DNA of 64,000 nucleotides, taken from positions 2,046 through 66,045 of the forward strand of contig CAZNOH010000004.1 in NCBI GenBank assembly GCA_964574655.1, read 5' to 3'. Source of the stretch: an uncultured Candidatus Saccharibacteria bacterium (lineage in GTDB: Bacteria; Patescibacteriota; JABMPQ01; JAQVVF01). Below are positions 48,024 to 59,499 of the stretch, piece after piece; position 1 is the first letter of the stretch, and each line of letters begins with the position of its first letter. The translations under genes and the position numbers were made by a program. The notes under the pieces were generated by a model that searched no databases, was not told the origin of the DNA, and was given only the letters and a program-made list of their open reading frames with translations.

Positions 48024-48308
48024 ATGACTACTCACCGAATTCATCTAGATACTGGCGAAGGTAATTATATTTTCATACCGGAAGAAAAAAATGGCTTTTT
48101 GTTTTTCAAGCCTGAAGATCAACATTTGTTTGACTGCGGACCAAATTGGACAATCGGATATGTCTTTGAAAACGGAATTCCGAACGAAAATATCAAACCA
48201 GAAAAGATTGAAGATTTGAAAATCGGAATGGAAATGACATTGTTTTGCACAAGCTACGTTGATGCTTGGACAAAAGGCACTATTGAAAAAATCGAGCAAG
48301 TTCCTTGA
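48024..48308 (+). CDS. Hypothetical protein
   Basis: AAGGAGG SD; TTGCAA-17-TAAAAT promoter; terminator at ~48322-48348. Confidence 0.65.
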   Translation: MTTHRIHLDTGEGNYIFIPEEKNGFLFFKPEDQHLFDCGPNWTIGYVFENGIPNENIKPEKIEDLKIGMEMTLFCTSYVDAWTKGTIEKIEQVP

Positions 48309-48374
48309 CGAATTGCACATTAGGTTCATAATATTTATGAACCTTTTTTATTAGAACAACTTTTTTAGAATAAT

Positions 48375-49229
48375 ATGACTATAAAAGATATTTTAGAAAA
48401 ATCATCATTAGAATTGAAAAATATTTCTAGCTCTCCAGATTTAGATGCAGAAATTTTGTTGTCTTTTGTTTTGAAAAAAAATAAAGAATTTTTATTTGCA
48501 AATCCAGAAATTAAATTAAATCAAGAACAACTTAGACAATTTGATCAGCTTTTAGAGAGAAGAAAAAAACATGAACCAATTGCTTACATTATTAATAATA
48601 AAGAATTTTTTGGAATAAATTTTTATGTTGATAAAAGAGTATTGATTCCAAGACCGGAAACGGAAATTTTGGTTGAAGAAGCAATTGAAGAAGGCAAGAA
48701 GAGGATTGAGAAAAAATTTATTAATAAAGAAATAAAAATTGTTGATGTTGGAACTGGATCTGGATGCATTGCTATTTCATTGGCATTAAATTTGCCAGAA
48801 GCGCATATTTGGGCAACTGATATTTCTAAAGACGCTTTAGAAGTTGCCGAGAAAAATAGAATTAAAGAAAAAGTTGGAGTTGAATTTATGCCAGGCAATT
48901 TACTTGAGCCACTTGAAAATAACAAGGTTGATATAATTTGTGCTAATTTGCCATATATAACTGTTGAACAATTAGATCTGACTGAAGAAGATGTGAGAAA
49001 ATTTGAACCAAAGACTGCTTTAATTGCTAAAGAAGAAACGACGTTATATTCTGAATTGCTAGACCAAGCTCCAAAATATTTGAATAAAAATGGCATTATA
49101 TTTTTGGAAATTGATCCGGTTTTTAAAGATAAAATAATGAAGCTGGTTCAAGAAAAAATGCCAAATGCAAAATACGTGATTAAAAATGATTTAGCTGGAT
49201 GTGAGAGAGTGATGATAATTTGGACATAA
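48375..49229 (+). CDS. prmC: Release factor glutamine methyltransferase
   Basis: EPIAYI, VLIPRPETE, DVGTGSGCI, ANLPY. Confidence 0.95.
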   Translation: MTIKDILEKSSLELKNISSSPDLDAEILLSFVLKKNKEFLFANPEIKLNQEQLRQFDQLLERRKKHEPIAYIINNKEFFGINFYVDKRVLIPRPETEILVEEAIEEGKKRIEKKFINKEIKIVDVGTGSGCIAISLALNLPEAHIWATDISKDALEVAEKNRIKEKVGVEFMPGNLLEPLENNKVDIICANLPYITVEQLDLTEEDVRKFEPKTALIAKEETTLYSELLDQAPKYLNKNGIIFLEIDPVFKDKIMKLVQEKMPNAKYVIKNDLAGCERVMIIWT

Positions 49230-49255
49230 AAAAAGATTAGAAATGAATCTAATCT

Positions 49256-50176
49256 TCAGAAAAGAGCTTGAACTGATTCTAGAAGTCCTTCGTTGAGAGC
49301 TACTTGGACGAAAATATGTGCACGATCAAGAATGTAATAGACCCTATCGCTCTGTTCTTTTTTGAGAATGTTACAATCGATCAAGACGCTCAAAATTCCT
49401 CTGATGATGCCCTCGTCAAAGAAATGACCAGAAATCGCAAACCTTCCTTGGTCTTTCAAATAGTCCAGATAATATTTGAAACCATATTTTCCTGGCTTCA
49501 TCGAATTAATTGCAATAATTACATCTAGAGAAATTTTTAGATCGCGACAATGCACAAGTCCGGAATTTTCAAGTGCATCAATTAACCGGCTCGGACTTTC
49601 AAATGGTTGATTCAAAAATGTTCTTATATCATCAGAAACTTGAACTGCTGGTGGCTTTTCGCACGGCACTTCCAGCCTGATCGTTTTGTGCACGACTTGC
49701 TGGAGACTTTTGTTGCCTTCAGGACTATTGATCACAAGAATGACTGTTTTACGATGTTGTCTGGCGCGATTGATCACAGGAAGAAAGTCGCGATCGTGCG
49801 TGGCAAAAACAAAGATATTAATATCTGGACGTTTTTCTAGAAAATCATACACGTCATTGACCATCATTTCATCAACAGTATCCTTGGGCTTTTCAGATCC
49901 ATTAAGCTTCGGGCAATGAATCACTTTAAAGCCCTGAATTTGTGCCTTGGTCAGTAGATCATAACTGTTATTTCCTGCATTAGCGATAAAACGAACATCT
50001 GTGTAAATGCCAAGATATTCGATTGTGCCAATCACCAAAAGTTCCTGAAACAGAAATGAAAAAGTCTCAACACTCATTTGATTGCCTGCAAGCATATTAT
50101 CGTAATCCATGAACAAGGCAATTTTGTTGATTACTGTATTCTCTTCCCTTAACTGAATTTGACTGTTTTCTGCCAT
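49256..50176 (-). CDS. NYN (LabA-like) domain protein with C-terminal extension
   Basis: ALFMDYDN, KDTVD, ATHDRDFLPVI; GAGGAGG SD before ATG 50176; TTGACA-17-TATGCT promoter. Confidence 0.75.
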   Translation of the reverse strand: MAENSQIQLREENTVINKIALFMDYDNMLAGNQMSVETFSFLFQELLVIGTIEYLGIYTDVRFIANAGNNSYDLLTKAQIQGFKVIHCPKLNGSEKPKDTVDEMMVNDVYDFLEKRPDINIFVFATHDRDFLPVINRARQHRKTVILVINSPEGNKSLQQVVHKTIRLEVPCEKPPAVQVSDDIRTFLNQPFESPSRLIDALENSGLVHCRDLKISLDVIIAINSMKPGKYGFKYYLDYLKDQGRFAISGHFFDEGIIRGILSVLIDCNILKKEQSDRVYYILDRAHIFVQVALNEGLLESVQALF

Positions 50177-50369
50177 CTTCTCCTCCTCGTTGTTCAAAGG
50201 TCAAGAAAATCGGTATTTTAAAGCATATCATTTTTTTATTGTTTTGTCAATCGTAATATTTATTTTTACTTTGTTTAAGCCAAAACCACGCATGAAGCGT
50301 GGTTTTATAATATTTGTGAAATTCCTGCCTACCGGCAGGCAGGTGTGATAAATTCGTGCAGATTCGCGA

Positions 50370-51575
50370 TTATAGTACTTCAACACTGAATCCTTCTGGT
50401 ACAACTGTAATCCATGTTTGACCTCGATTTAATTTTATTTCGGAACCTGTAGAATCATAGAATTTTGTTCTGTCTGTGCGATCTGCTTTCTTCCATATTC
50501 CTTCAACCATTTCTCCATCGCGGAAAACTTGAACTTTGCCCTCGCCAGTAACAATTAACTGCAATCTGCCGTAGTCATCCATAACTTCTTCTTTTGGAAT
50601 ATGCTGGATAATAACATTTTTTGGAGCAATTTGACTATCATTAACTACGTCTTTATGTTCAATGCCGATTGGATTAAAACGGAGATAAGTGTTTGTTTCT
50701 GGATCGTATTTATATTCTACAGAATAATCGCCAGCAAAATTAATTTTTATATCTTGACTTGTCGTTGGTAGATTTTCTTTTCTTTTTTGATCTTTAAATT
50801 TCCAAGAATCATATTTTGATTTTATGCTTTCTAGCTTTCGATCACGCAAGGCTAAATTTAATGTTTTGGTTGATGCAAAAAGATTATGCGGAGCTTCACC
50901 TTCACCTCGCCAGAAATATGGAGCGCCAACACCGATTTGTTCAAGATCTTCAATCTTGAAATCCCTAATTGCATCTAATGCTTCTTGAGAACCGCCGCAA
51001 TGAGCATATAAAGCATTATATTCTGAAACCCATTGCAAGAAATATGGACGAGCAGATCTGACTGGATGAATTTCATCGGCTTGATTTCCAGCATAGAGTG
51101 CCATGAATCTAGTGATATTTCCTTCTACTACTGTTTCATAAACAACTTGGGCTTGGCTTAATGCGTGCTGAGGACGAACATCAACTAAGTTTTCAATCAT
51201 TACTGCAACAGGATATTTGTTAGCATCTGCAGTTGGAACAATTACGCCATCTAAACGCCTAGGCATTTCTTTTGGCTGATCCTTGACCATTTTTAATTTT
51301 TCTTGAAAAGTCGTGTCCTTATCTTTAGTAACTAAAAAATAGATGCCAAATCCAATTCCTATCAATAATAAAACTCCGACAATAATACCAACGATTTGCG
51401 CCCAACGATTGTCTCTGAAAAACTGAATAATTTTATTCGGCTTTTTTGCACCTAGATTTTCTTTTTTTGGAGCACTTTTAGTGTCATTTTTAACAACTTC
51501 TTTTGAATTTAAAGTTGGTTTCATCTGGTAAGTATTGTTCGTTTTGATGTCCAAACTTGGTTTTTTGTTTTCCAT
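50370..51575 (-). CDS. DUF3048 (YerB-like) membrane-anchored protein
   Basis: PVAVMIEN, VYETVVEGNITRF, PVRSARPYF, APHNL. Confidence 0.88.
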   Translation of the reverse strand: MENKKPSLDIKTNNTYQMKPTLNSKEVVKNDTKSAPKKENLGAKKPNKIIQFFRDNRWAQIVGIIVGVLLLIGIGFGIYFLVTKDKDTTFQEKLKMVKDQPKEMPRRLDGVIVPTADANKYPVAVMIENLVDVRPQHALSQAQVVYETVVEGNITRFMALYAGNQADEIHPVRSARPYFLQWVSEYNALYAHCGGSQEALDAIRDFKIEDLEQIGVGAPYFWRGEGEAPHNLFASTKTLNLALRDRKLESIKSKYDSWKFKDQKRKENLPTTSQDIKINFAGDYSVEYKYDPETNTYLRFNPIGIEHKDVVNDSQIAPKNVIIQHIPKEEVMDDYGRLQLIVTGEGKVQVFRDGEMVEGIWKKADRTDRTKFYDSTGSEIKLNRGQTWITVVPEGFSVEVL

Positions 51576-51597
51576 GGTCAAAATTTAAATATTAATT

Positions 51598-52068
51598 TTA
51601 TAATTCTTTTAATGTTAGTTTTTGTATTTGTAATTCTAAAACATTAACCTTACTTTTTACTTTTTCTAAATCTAAAACCAAAGCGTTGACATCTTCTTGT
51701 TCTGTTATTGAAATTTGATTATCTTTTTGTTCCAGCTGTTCCGTTTCTCTCTCAATGATTGTTAATCTTGATCCGACACTTTCTAGCCCTTGTTTAATTT
51801 CTGATATTTCGAACTCTATCTTATCAAATCTTTTATCGACTTGCTCAAATCTCTCATCAACTTGATCGAAGCCTTTTTTAACAATCAAAGCTAGGTGATC
51901 AATCTTTTGATCAAACTTTTTCTCAACTCTCTTCTCAAATTTGTCAAATCTTTGATCTAATTTTCTGTCAATCTTTACATCAAGCTTAGTAAATTCTTGT
52001 TCGAATTTTCTGTCAATCTTTTGTCCAAATTTATCAAATGCTTGATTGAGATCGTTTTTAGTTAACAT
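51598..52068 (-). CDS. Coiled-coil protein with FxxVDxR repeats
   Basis: KGFDQVDERFEQVDKRFDKIE heptad/hendecad repeats. Confidence 0.65.
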   Translation of the reverse strand: MLTKNDLNQAFDKFGQKIDRKFEQEFTKLDVKIDRKLDQRFDKFEKRVEKKFDQKIDHLALIVKKGFDQVDERFEQVDKRFDKIEFEISEIKQGLESVGSRLTIIERETEQLEQKDNQISITEQEDVNALVLDLEKVKSKVNVLELQIQKLTLKEL

Positions 52069-52167
52069 AAAATTATCTTTATGGATAAATTTAGAATAAC
52101 ATCTTTTTTACTTTTTGTCAGGTGTTGATAACGTGGGAAATGAGATATGTGAAATGGGAAATGGGAA

Positions 52168-52605
52168 CTAAACTTTTTCAAAAATTATTTTTTTGTTTTT
52201 AAGATCAGCAAAATATATTTCAGTTTTTACTCTTTTATACTTTTTCTCTAATATTTTTTTTGATTTAATCAAATTTTTAAGATGCACTTTTTTTTCTTTT
52301 TCAGGATTATTGTCAAATGCTTTTAAACCGCCATAAGCCCCGCAATCGATATGGTCAATCAAAATAATGTTTTTGATGTGATGTAGTTTTGTGGAAACTT
52401 CTAGTTGATCAAAAACAGTTTTTTTGTGAGCTAAATCTTTTGGATTGGCAATTGTTTTTGTAGCACCAGCTAGAGTAATCAAATCAACTTTTTTTAATTT
52501 TAACTCCTGGTTAATAAATTTAATTGTTGCATCTTTAAAACGAAAATCAATGCAAAATATTGTAGCAGCTTCAGCATGATGTTCGTTGATAAATTTGTAG
52601 GACAT
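52168..52605 (-). CDS. Putative beta-class carbonic anhydrase
   Basis: CIDFR and HIDCGAY zinc-ligand motifs. Confidence 0.7.
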   Translation of the reverse strand: MSYKFINEHHAEAATIFCIDFRFKDATIKFINQELKLKKVDLITLAGATKTIANPKDLAHKKTVFDQLEVSTKLHHIKNIILIDHIDCGAYGGLKAFDNNPEKEKKVHLKNLIKSKKILEKKYKRVKTEIYFADLKNKKIIFEKV

Positions 52606-52749
52606 AAATTACAATTTCTAATTATTAATTCCTAATTTCTATTCAATTTTCAATAACTAATTCCAAAATTACTACTAAATTTGAATAACTTTTTTTAAAA
52701 TTTTTCATTTAAAATTCAATGGAAATTAGTAATTAGAAATTAGTAATTT
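52606..52749. repeat. Empty heptamer inverted-repeat element
   Basis: CTAATTT/CTAATTA units with AATTAG(T/A) reverse arm directly after the atpC stop. Confidence 0.65.
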
Positions 52750-53175
52750 TTATCTATACACTTTCTTAGATTTTCTCTTCTTAACAACTTTAAGTCTTGC
52801 CAAAGATCGGCGCAAATCAGCGGCTGCAGCAGAGTATTCTTCTTTTTTCAAATCTTTTTTAGCCATTGTTTCTTTGGCTTGCTTCATAGCTTCTTCAGCT
52901 TTTTGCTCATCAATTTCTTCAGCATGTTCAGCAGCGTCGGCTAAAACGATTGCTTTGTCAGGATTAATTTGGGCAAAACCACCAGAACAGGCTAGAATTG
53001 TTTCATTACTGCCTTGTTTTATTCTAATTTCTCCGGGGGCTAAAGAAGTGACCAAATGAAGATGTTTTGGCAAGATTCCAATTTCGCCTTCTTCGGTTGG
53101 CAAAACAACGGAGTCAACTTCGTCATTAAAAACTTGTTTTTCTAAACTGATAATTTCTAGGATTAATTTAGACAT
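52750..53175 (-). CDS. atpC: ATP synthase epsilon subunit
   Basis: GEIGILPKH, SGGFAQI, LADAAE. Confidence 0.95.
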   Translation of the reverse strand: MSKLILEIISLEKQVFNDEVDSVVLPTEEGEIGILPKHLHLVTSLAPGEIRIKQGSNETILACSGGFAQINPDKAIVLADAAEHAEEIDEQKAEEAMKQAKETMAKKDLKKEEYSAAAADLRRSLARLKVVKKRKSKKVYR

Positions 53176-53183
53176 TCCATTTT

Positions 53184-53310
53184 AATAGCTAATAACCAAT
53201 AACCAATAATCAACGAATAACCAATATCCAATAACTAAATAATCAAAGATCAAAATTGGTTATTGAAATTTGATTATTGATTATTCTTTGGATATTGATT
53301 ATTGGTTATT
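53184..53310. repeat. Empty heptamer inverted-repeat element (AATAACC/GGTTATT)
   Basis: Fills the atpD-atpC spacer. Confidence 0.7.
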
Positions 53311-54696
<1,386 letters not shown>

Positions 54697-54786
54697 CTAA
54701 TTCCTCTCTAATACTTTTCTCGAATGCGATCTCGAATTCGCTCATTAGAGATAGCATTCGGTTTATTAGAGATGAATTAGGGAAAT

Positions 54787-55701
54787 TTAAGATTTAAGGG
54801 CTTCTGCTCCTGCTGTAATTTCCGCTAACTCTCGAGTAATATTGGCTTGTCTTGCTTGATTATAAGTGAAGCTTAAATCGGAAATCATGTCTTTAGCATT
54901 ATAAGAAGCATTTTGCATTGCAACCATTCTAGCGGAATGTTCGGAAGCAGTTGATTCAACGATTGCTTGGTAAACTTGCATGTCAACTAATCTTGGCAAA
55001 AGAGTTGCTAAAATTTGTTGAGCTGATGGCTCAAAAATATATTCAGTCTTTGTTTTTTGCAAAGTATTTTTTTCAATTACCTCTTCTTCTTTTTTGCCAG
55101 TTTTGGTCAGATCAATTAATTTATTTTTTTCAAACGGAAGCAGTTGTTGCATTTTAGCGTCTTGTTTTAAAGTGGAAACATATTCGGTAAAGAGAATATT
55201 TATTTGATCATATTTTGCTGATGTGAAAGTATCAATTGGAATTTGAGCAATTGAGGTTGCATCAGTTATTTTAATTTTGTCGCCGATTCTTTCGTATTGA
55301 GCAATAATGTTGCCGATTTTTTTAACAAAATCAATTCCCTTTTTGCCAACGCAAAGAAAATCTATTTCTTGATTTTCTTTTTTTGCTTGGTCTAAAAATT
55401 TTAAAGTCTTTTTAAATAAATTAGAATTCAATCCGCCACAAAGTCCTTTGTCAGGAGAAACTAGGACAACTAAAACTTTTTTGACTGCTCTTTTGTTTAA
55501 TAATGGATGCGCGCCTTTTTGCATGTTCTCGGAAATACTGCCCAAAACTTCAAGAGCAGTCTTGGCATAATATCGCGTACGCAAAGCAGCCACTTGCGCT
55601 TTTTTCATCTTGGCAGCTGCAACCATCTGCATGGCTTTAGTGATCTGTTTTGTATTATTTATAGATTTGATGCGACGTTTTAGGTCTCTGGTAGATGCCA
55701 T
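54787..55701 (-). CDS. atpG: ATP synthase gamma subunit
   Basis: ITKAMQMVAAAK, DKGLCGGLN, SEHSARMVAM, RQANITREL. Confidence 0.97.
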   Translation of the reverse strand: MASTRDLKRRIKSINNTKQITKAMQMVAAAKMKKAQVAALRTRYYAKTALEVLGSISENMQKGAHPLLNKRAVKKVLVVLVSPDKGLCGGLNSNLFKKTLKFLDQAKKENQEIDFLCVGKKGIDFVKKIGNIIAQYERIGDKIKITDATSIAQIPIDTFTSAKYDQINILFTEYVSTLKQDAKMQQLLPFEKNKLIDLTKTGKKEEEVIEKNTLQKTKTEYIFEPSAQQILATLLPRLVDMQVYQAIVESTASEHSARMVAMQNASYNAKDMISDLSFTYNQARQANITRELAEITAGAEALKS

Positions 55702-55708
55702 AGTATTG

Positions 55709-56253
55709 ACGCAGAATTACGCAGAAGCTAACGCAGAAGACGCAGAACTTTTGCATCTTGCTGTGTCATAAACTCTACGAATTATTTCTGCTCCTTTAGG
55801 ATAACCAAAATTGACTAGAAATCCTAATTTATATTGTGAATTCTTAAGGTAATGCCAAAATTGTTCGATGTCTTGTTTGAACAAATTTGGTTTTGCTTTG
55901 AGTTCAATTAGAATTTTATCATTAATAATTAAATCTGGTATATAAATTCCAATTTTCTTGTTTAAATAATAAATACTTATTCTCTTTTGTTTATCAACTT
56001 TAAAACCTTGCTGTAGCAATCCGAAATAAAATGCTTCCTGATAAACTTTTTCTTTATGTCCGCTACCTAAAGTTTTATAAATCTCAAAGATAATTCCTCT
56101 GATTTTATATGATTCTTGTTTATATAAAAAGTCTGCCATTTCCCTCCTAAAATAACTTACTTATTTTTTATCTGCATTGTCTGCGTCAACTTCTGCATTA
56201 TTCCGCGATTTGTTTTCTGCTTTTTCTGCGTTCGCTTCTGCGTCATTCTGCGT
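55709..56253. mobile_element. ACGCAGAA inverted-repeat cassette carrying a GxxExxY gene
   Basis: 39-bp arms at 55709-55747 and 56215-56253 (about 4 mismatches); right arm lies inside the atpA reading frame. Confidence 0.6.
55717..56139 (-). CDS. GxxExxY protein (PD-(D/E)XK nuclease superfamily)
   Basis: LGSGHKEKVY, PDLII...IELKA, GFLVNFG; AGGAGG SD. Confidence 0.9.
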   Translation of the reverse strand: MADFLYKQESYKIRGIIFEIYKTLGSGHKEKVYQEAFYFGLLQQGFKVDKQKRISIYYLNKKIGIYIPDLIINDKILIELKAKPNLFKQDIEQFWHYLKNSQYKLGFLVNFGYPKGAEIIRRVYDTARCKSSASSALASA

Positions 56254-57774
56254 TATAACCCATTCTTTTGGAACAACATTTTTTTTGAAATCATCAATTG
56301 CAGTTGTTAATTCTTGTTCAATACTTTCAAAATCTTTAGTTTCTTCAATTTTCTTTAATAATTCTTTTTTATTATTATTAAAATTTTCATGCATCTTTGA
56401 TTCAAATTCTGAAACTTTTTCAACTTTGATATCATCAATTAAGCCTTTTGTAGCAGCAAAAATAATTGAAACTTGATTGCCAACTGAAAGTGGACTATAT
56501 TGTCCTTGCTTTAAAATTTCAGTAACTCTTTTACCTCGCTCTAACTTGTTTTGTGTTTCTTTGTCTAATTCAGAACCAAATTGAGCAAAGGCTGCTAATT
56601 CTCTAAATTGAGCTAAGTCTAGACGGATTTTGCCAGCAACTTTTTTCATTGCTTTTGTTTGAGCAGCTGAACCAACACGAGAGACTGAAAGACCTGGATT
56701 CACAGCTGGACGTGTACCGGCATAGAACAAATCTGATTCCAAAATAATCTGGCCATCAGTAATTGAGATAACATTTGTTGGAATATAAGCTGACATATCA
56801 CCACCTTGAGTTTCAATGATTGGCAAAGCTGTTAAAGATCCTCCGCCAAGTTTTTCATTAAGACGAGCCGCTCTTTCCAAAAGTCTGGAGTGAAGATAAA
56901 AAATATCGCCTGGATAAGCTTCACGACCTGGTGGGCGTCTTAATAAAAGTGAAATTTGACGATAAGACCAAGCATGCTTAGATAAATCATCATAAATAAT
57001 TAAAGCATCTTTTTTATTGTCCATAAAATATTCGCCCATTGCACAACCAGTGTATGGCGCTATATACCAAAGCGGAGCTGGATCAGATGCAGCTGCAACG
57101 ACAATGATTGTGTGTTCCATGGCGCCATTTTTTTCTAGCTCGCTAACTAATCTAGCAATTTTTGATGCTTTCTGACCAATGGCAACATAAATACAAATTA
57201 AATTTTTGCCTTTTTGATTGATGATTGTGTCAATTGCAATAGCTGTTTTTCCAGTCTGGCGATCACCAATGATAAGCTCTCTTTGTCCTCGACCAACAGG
57301 AATCATCGAATCGATAGCTTTGATACCAGTTTGAACTGGAGTGTCAACATTTTGTCTGGCTAAAACGCCTGGCGCGATTTTTTCTATTGGATAGCTTTTG
57401 TCTGCCTTGATCTCGCCCTTGCCGTCGATTGGTTCACCTAACGCATTGACAACGCGACCAACTAAATTTTTTCCGACATTAACTTCTAAAATGCGACCAG
57501 TTGATTTTACAGTATCGCCTTCTTTAATTTTTAGATAATCTCCCAAAATAATTGTGCCAACATTGTCTTCCTCTAAATTCAAAGCAACGCCAAAAACCGA
57601 CTCGCCTTCTGATGTTACGAATTCAAGCATTTCTAAACTGGCACAATCAGAGAGGCCATAAATTTGAGCAATGCCATCGCCGATTTTGGTGACAATGCCG
57701 ATTTTGTCTAATTTTGTCTTGGCTTCAAATGATTTTATTTTTTCTTTTAAAGCGTCTAGAATTTGTTCTGGCAT
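56161..57774 (-). CDS. atpA: ATP synthase alpha subunit (with repeat-derived C-terminal tail)
   Basis: [31 protein letters not shown]. Confidence 0.98.
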   Translation of the reverse strand: MPEQILDALKEKIKSFEAKTKLDKIGIVTKIGDGIAQIYGLSDCASLEMLEFVTSEGESVFGVALNLEEDNVGTIILGDYLKIKEGDTVKSTGRILEVNVGKNLVGRVVNALGEPIDGKGEIKADKSYPIEKIAPGVLARQNVDTPVQTGIKAIDSMIPVGRGQRELIIGDRQTGKTAIAIDTIINQKGKNLICIYVAIGQKASKIARLVSELEKNGAMEHTIIVVAAASDPAPLWYIAPYTGCAMGEYFMDNKKDALIIYDDLSKHAWSYRQISLLLRRPPGREAYPGDIFYLHSRLLERAARLNEKLGGGSLTALPIIETQGGDMSAYIPTNVISITDGQIILESDLFYAGTRPAVNPGLSVSRVGSAAQTKAMKKVAGKIRLDLAQFRELAAFAQFGSELDKETQNKLERGKRVTEILKQGQYSPLSVGNQVSIIFAATKGLIDDIKVEKVSEFESKMHENFNNNKKELLKKIEETKDFESIEQELTTAIDDFKKNVVPKEWVITQNDAEANAEKAENKSRNNAEVDADNADKK

Positions 57775-57808
57775 AATTTTAAAATTAAAAAGTAAAAATG
57801 ATGTAACT

Positions 57809-57898
57809 CTGTCATCCTGAGCCGCAGCGAAGGATCCCCTGCTTAAAATGCAAATCTTTTATCCATGGGATTCTTCGGCTGCGGCCTCAGAATGACAA
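57809..57898. repeat. GTCATCCTGAG...CTCAGAATGAC palindromic repeat element
   Basis: Long hairpin overlapping the atpH stop; sister copy at 58436-58515. Confidence 0.75.
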
Positions 57899-58426
57899 TT
57901 GTTGCCGTAAATTATTTATTTTTCCTAATAAGCTGGCATCAATCATTTGATCTCTTGTCTGGATAATTAGGCCGCCTAAAATGTTTGGATCAATTGAAAT
58001 ATTTAAATAAACTTTTTTATTAGTTTGCTTGACTAATTTTTCTTTAATTATATTTTGCTCTTCAGAAGTTAATGGAATTGCGGAAATTATTTTCGCTTCA
58101 ATAATATTCTTTCGTTCTTTAATTATTTTTTCAAAATATCTTTGAGCAGATTCTAGAATTGCTAATTCATTCTTCTTTAAAAATATTGAAATAAAATTGT
58201 GAGAATAATTTGATAATTCTTGCTTGAATAAATCTTTGATCGTTTGATTTTTATCTGCCAAGTCTTCAATTGGATTGGAAAGATATTTTTTTAATTTTAA
58301 ATCTTCATTTGTTTTGGCAACAAAAAGTTTTAATTCCAAATTTATTTTATCTAAAATATTTTCTTGACTGGCAAGACTGTATAATGCTTCAACATATTGT
58401 TTGATTTCTTGTAAACCTTTTTGCAT
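57887..58426 (-). CDS. atpH: ATP synthase delta subunit
   Basis: YVEALY, ISAIPL, IDPNILGG, IDAS; operon position. Confidence 0.92.
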   Translation of the reverse strand: MQKGLQEIKQYVEALYSLASQENILDKINLELKLFVAKTNEDLKLKKYLSNPIEDLADKNQTIKDLFKQELSNYSHNFISIFLKKNELAILESAQRYFEKIIKERKNIIEAKIISAIPLTSEEQNIIKEKLVKQTNKKVYLNISIDPNILGGLIIQTRDQMIDASLLGKINNLRQQLSF

Positions 58427-58435
58427 TTTTTTAAA

Positions 58436-58515
58436 TTGTCATTCTGAGCCGTAGCGAAGAATCCCGTAAATGTTCAATAAACTTTGGGATCCTTCACTGC
58501 GGTTCAGGATGACAG
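58436..58515. repeat. GTCATTCTGAG...TTCAGGATGAC palindromic repeat element
   Basis: Hairpin between atpF and atpH. Confidence 0.75.
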
Positions 58516-58521
58516 GGTAAA

Positions 58522-59034
58522 TTATGACTTAATTTTAAATTTATCAATCTCGTTGATTGCTTCGTTAATTAATTCGCGCTGTTTTTGCTCATCTAGAGCC
58601 TTCTTTAAGACAGATTGCGTTGCTAACATTGTTAAATCAGTGGCTTCTTTTTTGACATCGCTAAGCAATTTTTCTTTTTCGCCTTGCATTTCTGCGGTTG
58701 CTTTTTTGACAATTCTTTTGGCATCATCTTCGGATTTGGAAATAATATCTTTGCGAACTAATTCGGCATCTTTTCTGGACTGATCTAAAATCTTAGTTGC
58801 TTGTTTTTTAGCGGATTCTTCTTTTTCTAATTTCATTTTTTCAGCATTGGCTAATTCTTTGGCAACTTCATCAGCTTGTTTCATGCTGGTATCAATTTTT
58901 TTCTTTCGTTCGTCAAACATTTTGAGGATTGGCTTGTATAAAAATCTTTTCAATAAAAATAGAAGAATTAAAAAATTAATAATTTGAGCTAAGAGCAATA
59001 ATGGCTTGATGCCTAATTGATTGAGAACTTCCAT
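58522..59034 (-). CDS. atpF: ATP synthase subunit b
   Basis: QIINFLILLFLLKRFLYKPI then coiled coil. Confidence 0.95.
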   Translation of the reverse strand: MEVLNQLGIKPLLLLAQIINFLILLFLLKRFLYKPILKMFDERKKKIDTSMKQADEVAKELANAEKMKLEKEESAKKQATKILDQSRKDAELVRKDIISKSEDDAKRIVKKATAEMQGEKEKLLSDVKKEATDLTMLATQSVLKKALDEQKQRELINEAINEIDKFKIKS

Positions 59035-59175
59035 ATGTTTGTTTGAAAATATAAAAAAATAAAAATATAAAACTTGTTAAAAAGATTTTTTATATTTTTA
59101 TATTTTTAGGTTTTTAAATGCAATCTCTTTAAATTTACGCCAACAATCTAAAATTATTGGCGCTTTCTAAAGAAA

Positions 59176-59421
<246 letters not shown>

Positions 59422-59499
59422 TCATTTGCGATTAAAATTATTCATTTTAAATCGATTGTCTGGAAGTTAGTGAATTAGTTTTAAAATTAGAAATTAAAT

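Noticed and set aside
51598-52068. Repetitive DNA in the coiled-coil gene as a mobile repeat
   Set aside because: Periodicity follows the encoded heptad/hendecad peptide repeat, which explains it at the protein level.
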